A stretch of DNA of 64,000 nucleotides, taken from positions 540,827 through 604,826 of the forward strand of contig BDGG01000006.1 in assembly GCA_001949185.1 (NCBI GenBank), in the 5' to 3' direction. The first letter of the stretch is position 1. Each line of letters begins with the position of its first letter. The notes beneath the pieces are model-generated. The model did no database searches. It worked only from the letters and a program-made list of their open reading frames with translations, and had not been told where the DNA came from. Below are positions 49,744 to 61,372 of this stretch, in pieces. The translations under genes were made by a program, and so were the position numbers. The stretch is from Ramazzottius varieornatus. Its lineage: Eukaryota; Animalia; Tardigrada.

Positions 49744-52062
49744 TACATTCTTGTTTTATTACCTCATGTTCTCGGCTGTGGTGGATGGATAGACAGCCTT
49801 TGTACTCTTTAACACTAACCCTGTTTACGAAAGCGGTTTTTTTCTTTTCTCCGTTGGGGAAGAGTGGAACCCTTTCGCTTCTCATCTGTGTTAACAAATG
49901 GTCCGACCAGAAGGTTTCTTCCTCAGAATTTCTAGGAATTACTGTGGAACTGAATGACGCTAGATTTGTTTTCTGGTCGGATGTTTAGAGATTTCTATTT
50001 CTGTACGCTATGTGTTTTTTATTACTCGAAATTCTGAACCGAGTGTTTGGACCTTCTGTTAGTTTTCCAGAAAAGTGTTTACGTAAAACTCATGAGACGA
50101 CGAGTTTGGTTGTGGACAGTACAACTTCTTCCGTGAAACTCGCGCAGTGCAATATTTCCATGGAGGGCAAAAATGGAGGTCCGCAAACAGTCTCGGGATG
50201 ATCGTTATTTCAAGCGGCGCATCTCTCTTTATCGTTGGCCGGATAGGTGCGCCACTGAGAGTCGGAATCGTCCCGAGACAGCTTGCTCGCCTGTCAGACG
50301 AACCCGCATGTTTGAGATACATTTCTATGAGAAGTGCGACTGAAGCAGGCATTTATCGTGCGTGAGAAAAAGTCTCATGGGGGAAGAGATCAGTTGTCCG
50401 ATATACAGGCCGTTCAAGCTAACTTGTTTTTCAAAGCACTTTTAAGAATCACTATCAGTACTGTATTAATTTTCGTAATTCTTCCGCTCATTGAGCATGG
50501 TTACCCCTTCACCTTGACTACAAATATCACCCAAAAGCAGATCGTTCTGATGTTTGCTTGTACGGCTGGGATATTTTGACTGAGAGTGGGTGGTCAACCG
50601 AGCGAGTTCCAACTTGTTTTTCTTGAACTAGTCGTTTTGGAAAGCCCTTCCTGACTTGACTCATGCCACTCAGAGATGACATCTGATTCTGCATAAGAGC
50701 TATCCAGTCAGACCCGGGATATCTTACGCTTTCCTGGTTTACACGAACTCTTCCTGACTTCTTTGAAGTAAAAGTAGGTCTCGGCTTAACTGGGAGAGAG
50801 ACGAAAGAGATTGTAAAAGATGCTGTTCCAATTTAGTCGAAGAAACCATGGCATTGCCACTGCTGAGTTTCCCTATTGCAGCGGGGCAACAGATCTTGAA
50901 AAAGTTGGTAGGGTGGATTGGGCAGTGCCGAGATACAGAGGGCGGATTGAGATCCTGAGGATGGGTGAGGCTGAGAAAACTGAGTTCTTGAGCCCCGAGG
51001 CAAGCAAAAATCGCGAGCGAGCCTCACAACGCTCGAAAACTCAGACAAAATGCATGGGACATCTAGATAGATATTAAGGTGCTCTGACACAAACCGTCAT
51101 GTGAAACTGCGCCGGTTACTATTTGGTATTGGTATAAGACTTGGCGATTGTGATTTAGACTATTGTAGATACAAAAACCTGTGAAAATCGATTGAAACCG
51201 GTCAAAAAATGAACATTTTTAGACAATGTTAGACCTGCTCCACGACGCTTCCGTTTCCTCTTTCTTGTTCGGCGTGAAATTCTCAGCCTCTAGAGGCTGG
51301 GATTTTTGACTTTGAGACAGGCTAAACCTCGCCAGCCTTATGGATCAATCCGCCCCTGCCGAGATGATGTTGAAAACACCGGTGAAGAATGCGCAGTCGA
51401 GAACGTCCAGCTCGCCTTTCTTCCAACTCCATCCCATCTTCTTTGTCTTTAACATAATAACCAGAAAAAACTTGGTCGGGTCGGAGTAGTACTACACGCG
51501 CAGACTACATTTGATTAGATCGACCACTGTCTCTACACGGAAAGCACGAAGTTAACTAAATGTCACCAATCCAGACAGTCACCGAAACCAACCTGTTTTT
51601 GCCGTTGGGGCCGCCCACAGACCTGATCCGATAAAAATACGAACAGCAAGCAGCTCCAGAGGCGTTCCACACACTTTACAGATACAGTCCTGACGGAAGT
51701 AAGTCACAATCAGCTGTTTTCCCAACCGAAAGTCACTTGCGCTTCGAAACATCGGTCTACGAAAAGCAAGGACAGTTCAGCTTGTTTTGTAACACAGTAG
51801 ACCGATGCCCGCGGTTTCTCTCGTATTTTCACAAGAAAAAAACAACCAAGAGCTGCAAACAGTGTGAAGTTTGGAGTAGAAGCAAGGAAAAGAAGGTGTG
51901 GCACGGTGAGAAGCCAGGGGTCAGCACACGTTACCCAAAATTTAACTGGATTGAATTTTGAATGAAATTACAGTTTTCATAAACGAACAGATCAACAGAA
52001 TACAAAATTAGCACAGCGTTTTCTAATGTGCACTTCACACTTCGTTTAGAATGTGCATAATG

Positions 52063-53096
52063 CTAACTTGAAGGACCAGTAAGAGATGCGTTAAACCCTT
52101 CAACCAAGTTCAAAAAGTCCTGGGGCGGGGGCTTGTTGCATTTTGGGAGGTCGTCGCGGAAAATCACCTTCTGCAGATCGACCTTACTGAAACAGTAGGG
52201 TTTCAGTATGCGATCGATAGTCTTGTCTATCGACAGTATCTCTTTAGCAGTCAGCGAATTGGGATGGATGCGTGTATCCACGTAGACCGAAGGGTCTTCA
52301 CAGATGCCCGTCACGTAGTTGGGAAGATCGCAAGAGTAAATGATCTCAAATCCTCGCGGTCCAGGGGCTTCATAAAGGTAATAGTAGACAGATATAACTG
52401 TAATTAGAGTGAACTGATTGACTTTATGTCTTTAGATTGTTGCAAGACGGGTGATTAACAGCTCTTACAAGGCCGAGCGGTGCTGTTGGAGGAACTAAAC
52501 ATTGTGTAGTAATTGACGCCATCAAATCGGCTGAGAATGTCGATGAAGCTATTACGGCATGGCTCTGGTGCAGACTGCTCCGGATCCGAGTAGCTGTAGC
52601 TTTCGGTTAAGTGAACGGCGAGGGTCCTTGTACCAAGGAGATAGACCACATTACTGGTGACCAGTGTGTTGGTGTACATGGCGTCGTAGATCTGCTCAGA
52701 CGCTCCCTGGCTTCGATACTCATAATAAGTCCCCACACGCTACGAAAAGGCAGATTATTCGTGCCCAGTCGTAGGCATCTAATAAGGCATCATTTAATTT
52801 TACCGCCGAAGGATCTCCAGGAACTGGATTTGGGATGTCGTTGGGAAAACAGCCGGGGTTGGACGTGGGGAACGTTGGGGGTGCCTCGGTGACAGTGCTG
52901 GTCGAGTAACTTCTCTCGCAAGCCCCGGGACTCTGATGAATTCGAGCAAATTGTCCGCTACCTGGTAGCGTACAAATGACTGTCCGACATGCTAGCCTCC
53001 AAATTGAGCTCGGCGAAATTGGTAAATAAAACTTGACTTACGGGATGCGGCATTTCGAAGACATAGCAGAAGTCCCAGAGCAGGAAGTAAATGCAT
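52063..53096 (-). CDS. Secreted lipocalin-like protein (272 aa)
   Basis: Exons 53096-53042, 52961-52804, 52739-52469, 52397-52063; 819 nt, in frame. Signal peptide MHLLPALGLLLCLRNAAS; SCR1-like GTYYEY; SCR2-like FEIIYSC; SCR3-like VYVDTRIHP; seven Cys after the signal peptide. The fold assignment is inference. Confidence 0.75.
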
Positions 53097-53701
53097 GGTC
53101 AACGGCAGTCGAGTATGCAATGAAGAAACTCGTGTTAAGGGTTTAATGTAGCCGGCGAAGGCGACAAGGGAAAATGGGGGAAAAACTGTGTGGAAGATCC
53201 AACCAATGGGCGCGATATTAGTTTGAAGCCCACCGTTTCTTCTTCAGTCAGAAGAGTACGAGTGTCCGACGCACGTTTTCCGAGTTGCTTCATGTATGGA
53301 TGTGGCGGTCCTGAAGTAACCCTTCTGCATCGTTTCGACTGTCCAACACCTTACGCGTTAATTACGCCCAGGAGCGGCAGCAACAAGCGAACAAAAGTAA
53401 ATGCCGTATGATACTGTTTTGCAACTTTAAGGTCCGACATTTATCGCAACTGAACATAGTTGATTTATGGCCGACATTCGAATTTCGAACATGATACACC
53501 ACCAGACAGAGCAGCGTCGGTACGGTTTTTGGGTGTCATATATAATTCCATGCTGGCCAAACCGTATTGCGCGTGCGTTGGTCAATGAACGGCAATGTGA
53601 CATGCAGAATGATGGACGACCGCATCTGTGCTGTACTGCAGCTAGCTTAACTTTCCTGCATCGTATGGCACACATGTAACTTTCTGTCTCTATTTTGACA
53701 A

Positions 53702-56700
53702 TTAATCTTTGTCATACTGGACAAAAGGATAACCTTCTACCGGCACATACACCAGATCATAGAAGCGCTCGTCGCGGTACTCCCTAATTGCCTTGTCGGT
53801 CCCAGCAGTGTTCACCCGGATCCTTCGCATGGCCTCCGCTACAGCCTCCACCACACTCGGGAAGATATTCCGTTCGGGTATAATTTTGTGAGATTCCAAT
53901 CCACGTAGCTGCTTCCTCAGAGGCCCTGCATCCAAAGAAAGTATATCGAGCATCATCCTTCGGTGACCTCTGATTTTCGGCGTCGGTACACGCGCCTGGC
54001 CTGAATTTGGGCGTGAACAAAACTATGGGCCACCGAGCGAAAGCGGTACGGGACAGGTGAAACTGACCAATCAATGATCAGGTGCGGAAGTATGACTTGC
54101 CGAAGGGGGCTCAAAACGCTTGACTTCAAACATACATAGTTCAGCTTTCCCTCGTCCTTTCGTTCTGAACATTTTTTTCTGTTAGTCCACCAACTGCCAT
54201 CCCTTGTTTGACACTTCATTGATTTTGAGTTTCTTAGCTCTAGAGTACGGCAGACACCATTCTGGCTGAGTTGTGCATAACTAAATTTCGGGGATTTTGA
54301 TATCCGAATTTTATCGAGGCACGAACGCATCTCGCAACGCCGAGAGAATCAAATCCGGGTTTGACGATAAAACACCCAGCAGGTTTACCGTGGGTAATTG
54401 AGTCGATCGGTTTCGTTCTGGAGATTCACCATTCAAAAGTTATCCCTACGGAAGACTGAGATCAAAACTATACACAACAGGCTGACCGATCATGGCAAAC
54501 CCGATCCTTCGTAAAGTTTTGCGTAATTCTTACGGGAATGGGATACCTCCTAGAAGTGTCATGGTAAATTTAGGCGAAACGAGGAGGGCGAAAAAACAAG
54601 ATTTCTGAGCGAGAAATCTGTGGAAGATTTCTAACCGAGGAATGGTATGTCTTGACAAGGGCAAACCACCATAGAAAATTTCGAACCGTGAGCGGCTCCA
54701 AAAGAGAACCTTGATCACATCTTGATGGCCATCTCACGCTCCTGACCGCTACAAATCTCTTTCATCCAGCAATGCGATAACGTTATTCTAGTCCTCTTTG
54801 GAACAGGGATTATTTATGGAAAACCTTCCTGTTCAACAGGCGAAATCAATGCACGGGCTGGACCCACTACTGTTGCAAGGATGTTCCAGAGTGCAAACTG
54901 AACACAGTACTGCCGCAGAACTGCAAGAAATTGAACTTGACCTCCCCACGCACTCTACTCGTAGTAGGATCCTGGCGCTGACAGACTGTCACTTGCTCAA
55001 GAACTTGGACCTTCTCCAGCGAGATAGAAAAATTCTGGAAGTGGGTTTGAGAAGTGCCGTTGCAAAGTTTTCTTTCCCTCTTCCCCATGCTTTTGCAGCA
55101 CTGGAACGAATTGTCTCTCAAAAAAGCCTGGTGAGAGCGTCATGCTACTATGGGTATAAAAGTCGATCGAAAGGTTTGAGATATGGCGTAGGAAAACAGT
55201 TTCACTTCGGCAGAGGACAGGGGGACGAGTCATACTTCCGTACCCGATAAATCAATCAGAGTAGCGCGGCTTTCGCTCTATAGTCACAGTTTTGTCCTTG
55301 GCCACATTTAGGTCAGGTGCGTGTATTTACCTTTAATTTTGGCCAGAAGGACCTCGATCCCCTTGGCTCGCAGGTCGCTTGCTACCTGCTCCAGCGCGCG
55401 TATGCCGACAGCGTCCATGTAACCCATGGTGCCGAGGTCGAGGATAACTCGGAAAGTGCCGACATTCCGGTGATGCGGGCCAACGAGGATAAATTCTCCA
55501 GTTGCCATCTTCGGTGAGTTTTGGGCGTCATCGTCCACACTAGAGTATGGTGTGCTGTCCAGTGAGGATCTTTCTGAAATCGTGGACTCGAGTTCGAGAT
55601 CGCGACTGTGAATGTGTTGCAGATCGTTGTAGCTGGCGCTAATGTTGGCGACTTTCAGGCTACTCTTGCGGAACAAAGGTCTCTGTTTGAAAAACATAAA
55701 GCCCCGTCTTGCAACTCTACAGTCCGAGTTGTAGATTCAGTATACGGTCAAATGTGGCAGGTATCGTACTGGTTTGGAAGTTCGGAGCAAAGCGTTTGTG
55801 GTCAAAGTCGGTTCCTTATTAGTCGCAACTCTGCTAGAACCTGGGGAAATCCTTTTCGCAGTCTGTTGCTCTAGAGCCAGCGACTTGATGTTCTCGATCA
55901 GATATGGTGCGCTGGCATAATGGAAGGGACTTTGAATCTGGATAATGCGAATTCCTTCGATCTCTTCGGCCTACGCGTACGTCAGGTGACAGTCATGCTT
56001 CATGTGGATTCAAATGGTCATATACTGTATTATGGGAAAAGCTGGTTGGTACCTGCTCGTAATACTTGATGGGAACAAATCCGCCGGAATTCTTCAGTTT
56101 GCCAAGAACTCGTAATCGTGGCCTACGAAAGAACGTAGAACCAGCCACAACAGTGGTAAGTACATGCGCCTGCCTAATTGTTGGTCGGGACAAAAGTTTT
56201 GGCAACCGGCCGAAAGCGGCAACGCTTCGGTTGATTGTCAGTTTATCCGCGAGATGCCGCTTTCGGCCCGTGGCCAAAAATTTTGTCCCGGCCAACAAAT
56301 TAGGCCAGGCGCGTGTACTCGTTCTCGTTCTCGTTTGTTTTTACGGAAATGTACGCAACTCACTTCTGGCTCTTCAGGATTAACATGAGAACTGAAATGG
56401 CAATGCCGAAGAATAGTCCGATCTGGACATTCAACGTTATGCAGCAGATAAAAGTGGCCACCCAGACACACTGCAGAACAAAACACGATCTCGGGAGACG
56501 TCAGAGTATGTCTCTCTGGCAGTATGCGTAAACTAAGAACAATGCCTACCGCATCGAAGCGGCTTCCTCTCCAGATCATTGGTAGATCAGCAAAGCCTTT
56601 CAGCGACATACTCAGGAAGAGTACAATGTTTGTCGATACGATACACTAAGCCAAAAGTTGAACGGCGTAAATTTCAAGAATAATCTTGGATGTCTTAAAT

Positions 56701-58964
56701 CTTTGTCTTTACCGTATTCCCTCCAAGGTTGTGCGTAATACAGCATCACGCCGGTGAACTACACCACTATTATCAATAATTTTGCTGTACAACAGACTGA
56801 TTATTTGATTGTCGCCCATCGCGTCACCACTCATTGCTCATTCTTTTGTGAACTTCTGAGCGGAATCGAGTCTTCCTTATTTCGTGTCGTAATGAGTTCT
56901 GATGGATCGTCCTGTGGATTTAGAAGCATCTTTCGAGTCTAGTTTTAGCTCGGTGGAAGATTCTTTCAGAGGAATAAAGCGCTACTGTGTATGGTAATTG
57001 ATTGGCGAATGTCTTTGATTGAAGACAGCGACACTTTTCCATGGCCGTCAGGTAACATTCGTGGGTCTGTCGCGCAAGTGCGCAGAACCTTGGAGGGGAT
57101 ACATGATATTGCGCTCGTACCACTGGGATGTAAGAGATGGCTGGTCCGGCATATCCGATGAGGATGGCCATGAAGATACTAGCAAAGATGGAGGATAGCT
57201 GGGACTTGCTGCCCATCGACTGGTTAATTAATCCTCGCCCCACTCCAGCCGCCATTGTGATACAGCGGAAGAAGGAGCCTAGGACGTGGGCGCTACCCAG
57301 AGCTAAAAGCTCCTGGTTGGGCGAGATATTATCCTTGTTACGGCGAGCAAGTGTTCGAGCCGAGTTTAGTGAGATACTGTAGATAACGATGGAGTTGACG
57401 AAGCCCGGCCAGATCAGTTCTGTCCCACACTCCAAATTGGGAAGTCTGGGTTTCGGTACCCTATGGAAATCATATCGTTGATTACACTCAGTTCTTCAAA
57501 GTGGCAGTTGTAATAAAAAAAGTATCCAGCTTTGGTAGTGTACCCGTAAGTGAAGGATCCTACTGTGCGGATTCCCAGGGTTCCAGCAAAGTCATACTCG
57601 TAGCTGACACCGGTAAATATGATGAATAATAGAAACTCCTGAAAAACAGGACTGTTATGTAGGTCGCACCAGCTGCAAGTCTACAAGCAAACCGTTCTGG
57701 CGAGCAGGAAGACTTACAAAAGGGACAACCAGGCCGATTTTGTTAAACAGTACAGGCTGGAAGTATTGGCGGAACATCATGAGCGAAGTGGCATAGGCAA
57801 TGGATATCAAGGTTTCCCATCCGCCAATGTCGGGAATGTTGGATAAAAAGAGAATAATATCCTGTGCAGCGACAAAGAACATGACATGATGAAAGGCTTC
57901 GACACAGTGAAAGTCCATGTACCCGCAAGTGTTTGCCATAGGTGTAGTGAACCGGGAAAGAATATCCAAACATGGATGGCAGTTGGCTGCAGATCGACTG
58001 CAATAGGCACGCCAGCGAAAATGGGTCCATCACAGTCGGGGAAAGCAAGGCAGAAAGAAAGCCCAGTTTTAGCAATCCAAAGCCCATCTGAAAGAAAAAG
58101 AAATATTCATAAAAGAAAGTGTCTACCAGTTTGCTCGATTAAGAATATGCGAAGGCGTACCAGAAAGCACCCGGAAGTGAAGGTAATGCCCGTGACGATG
58201 GAAGCATGAATGCCATACTGGTTGTCATTGTTCAAGGTGTACGTCTCGTTGTAACGTAGGTCGGGGTAGATATCGCTGACAATTCCGACAAGTGAAACGC
58301 TGACGGAAGCAGCTGTAATGGGAAGTCCACCCAGTGAGTTGTGGGGCGAACTGGACATCAAACCATAAGCGAAGCCAGGGACTATCAACATAAAGAGACC
58401 GATGTGTGGCCGTAGGCTGCCCGTCATGGCCGTGGCGAAAACTGTACACAGAACATCCTGAAGTTGTGAAAAACTGCAAAGGCCTGGACAATGTTGCAAA
58501 AGTCAAATAATTTGTAAATTACCCTGGGTAAAGTGGATCATGGCGACAATCATCCCAGCTACGAAATCTCGCCAAATATCCATAGCGCTATAATTTTTTA
58601 GTAAAGGAACAAGCGGGAATAGGGAACTGAAGAACTCGTTGGGCGACTTATTGAAGCCATACACCCTTCTGTAAATTGTCTTTCTGTACAAAAGAGATAG
58701 CAGGACGTATGGGAGCCATCACCTGCTTAATGTTAAGAAACTCACTAACGTGGCCAGTTGGGTGGCAGCACTGACGCTATAGGACCTCGGCTTGGCTCTC
58801 CGTCCGGCGGCGGGATCAACAGCTGACTCTCGCCCGTTATCCGATTGTATGGTGAAGGGAGAAGGCAAGCTAGGCACATGTTCAAATGCCTCCGAGGCCA
58901 CCGTTGGCTCTTCCGTCTCGGAGGCGGCAGTGGTGAAGCTGACATTACTGGACCTGTCATCCAT
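53702..58964 (-). CDS. SLC26/SulP family anion transporter with STAS domain (divergent)
   Basis: 13 in-phase GT-AG exons: 58964-58750, 58683-58523, 58441-58161, 58087-57923, 57861-57718, 57638-57544, 57461-57121, 56645-56550, 56470-56364, 56122-56053, 55970-55770, 55682-55331, 53925-53702. Motifs: RDFVAGMIVA, LLKLGFLS, NQELLALG, MGSKSQLSS; STAS VILDLGTMGYMDAVGI, IFPSVVEAV. Confidence 0.9.
56163..56315. mobile_element. Hairpin MITE in an SLC26 intron; a related truncated end lies at ~53989-54050
   Basis: ~60-bp TIR CA(C/T)GCGCCTG(G)CCTAATT(T)GTTGG.CGGGACAAAA.TTTTGGC.AC.GGCCGAAAGCGGCA; TA TSD. Confidence 0.85.
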
Positions 58965-58982
58965 CGCTGAGAAAGAAGAAAT

Positions 58983-59480
58983 GGGTATCGGCAGCCCAGC
59001 TTGCATACGACCGATTGCAAGCTAAAATGTTCAGGAAAGGAGTTTGAAGCTTTGGCACCCCAAGGGCAATCTTCAGCTGCTAATGCGATTTAGTGCAATG
59101 AACATTCTGAAATCCATACGGCGTCTGACCAGTGGTCAGATAGCTACATCGGTAAAGTCTGAAGGGGATGAGATTTTGAACTGAAAAAGTTTAACTTTGA
59201 ACTGAAAAAGTGCGATGACGCGATGCCAGCATGAAATGCGTAGGTGGTCGTTTTGCATCAAACATCCTGGCAGGGATATTTCAGTACTTGGTTATCCTAT
59301 AATTTTTTCCCAGAGTATCTTCCCATAAGAGCGAACAGTTTTGTGCGACGTCCATCCGTAGCGAAGCGTAGCGAGGCTACCACTTGATGCCTCTGAATAT
59401 TGCCCACAACTTCATGTCGAAAAATTAGAGGGTCGTTCGGACCGAAATAAGTTCGTATGCAAATTGGGCCGCCGATACCC
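58983..59480. mobile_element. ~500-bp non-autonomous DNA transposon, family B, copy 2
   Basis: TIR GGGTATCGGC(A/G)GCCCA..TTGCATACGA; internal similarity to 20665-21154. Confidence 0.8.
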
Positions 59481-61372
59481 ATATGATGCCTTCAGCTTGG
59501 ATATTAGTGCTAGAGGTTGGTAAACATACCCGGACTAGATCGCAGTAAGCTGTTGGGTGGGGAATCCAAGTAAGCGCCATAATCAGATTGTGATAAGGGA
59601 TTGAGCGGTAGCTGCGGATCACCGTCTAATATCCTGGCAGCCAAGAGCTCAGGTTTTGAAGGGACGGTTTTGGCTTGAACATCGTACGCCTGACGATGAC
59701 CAAAGCCTGCCCATCGAAACTGGCGCAATACTGCCCACATCTGCTCGCTCCACTCCAAAGCCAAGTTTTCCTGAAGATCCGATAGTTTAACGGTATCTCT
59801 GTCCGGAGGAGCAGCACAAGGATATTGGACAACACAAAATGGCCCGACGAGGTGACAATACAAGTGTTGACATGAGCCGATTACGCAGTAGTATGTCTGG
59901 TCTGTTGTGGAAACAGGCTAGGCGTGAGAAACCCTTACTCTGCGTCTACCAAGTGCGCATTTCTTGGTTGGCGCTCAAAGAAGCTGACAGAGATCATGTC
60001 TTGCATAAATATATTCTAAGCGGTTCCTTTTGCTTCTGACTTATCACATTTATTTTCATTAGGCTAAACTTATCGGGATATCCAGCCCTAGCCCTCCAGA
60101 TGCCCGAAGCATGTGCAAATGGTTAACGGAAATGTGGAAAGAAGGATTTCGGAAGCGAAAGTTACGTGTCGTATACGTAGTGTTTTCCCGAAAAGTCCAA
60201 AGTGGACAGCAGCATTCTACATTTCAAATTCATCAATCACCTAAAGATGATGAAATCCCTCAGAAACTCGACCGGCGGAATTTCTACGCTCTTGACTGCG
60301 TTATAATGCTCTGGGTTAGCCACGCAGACAAGAAGCTTTGCTAAGTCAAGAGTTCTTCCGGGGACCTTGGGTTATGGCTCGGTTGTGGGCGAATCGTACT
60401 TCTTTTCGGAACTTTGAGGAAGGCTCGGACACCAGAATGAAACAGCTTTGCAACTGGAAGCTGCACTCGGTGAAGTTGACCCTTTTGATCGAAGGGATGG
60501 AACGCGGCCGTAGCGTACGCGAACTATCCAGGAACAACGAGAGAATGTTCCGTACAGTAGGTTGCTTTCCGCGGCAAAGGATACACCTGAAGGTGAGAGC
60601 CTTCGATCATCTCGCGTGTCAATGTGGTCCAGAACCCTCATTGGAAACCGAAAACAGAGAAATTTCATTTACCAAAAACAGGGCTTACGATCCGCATTGC
60701 GCCGTCTACTGGACACCGTGCATCTTTGATACACGGTTGTGGCTTTATGACGATAAATGAAAGTTGCCTGTAGAGCTCGCCATGGTAATGGCACTCGTGG
60801 CCTACCGCATTGCTTCGAGCACGCGGTATGGGTTAAACACAGTAACTGACTGTTACGATGAAATTTGCACCACAGAATTCGAACGACTTAGTGATCGTGC
60901 TTTCTCTGGCGATATGTGCAGTATTCTCTTGACGATCACTTGTCATCGAGCTCTAAATCTCAGACTGGAGATGTAGCGGAGCTTCTGCTGAGACTGTATC
61001 GTGAGCTGGATAAACTCTGGCGTGCGAGGAGATCGCCGGCATCGACATTTGCTTCTTCGGCAAGCACGTCCAAGAATACGGCTTTTGCTGCTCCACGCTC
61101 AACTCACGACGCATCTGCATTTCCTACCTTGACAGTGTCCACTTCTTCAGCCCCAAATAAGTGCTCACGCAGGTGCACCATGAGACTTTACTGATTTACA
61201 TCGCTTGAGGTGAGAATAATATTTTGGAACATCATAGGGCAGGTGACACATGACGTCAGAGTTACAATATGGCTGTGCAGTGATGTATTGCTTGTGACGA
61301 CATGCGCTGATTTAGGCAATTCAACCGAATAATCAGTTTTTGTTCGAACTGGTTTGACATTATTTTAATGTA

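Noticed and set aside
50380-50800. Second pogo/Tigger DDE remnant on the minus strand
   Set aside because: Only faint motif echoes among many stops; no TIRs found.
59510-59863. 117-aa minus-strand ORF as an upstream SLC26 coding exon
   Set aside because: No recognisable motif, it ends in a stop, and no convincing in-phase splice donor to the SLC26 first exon was found.
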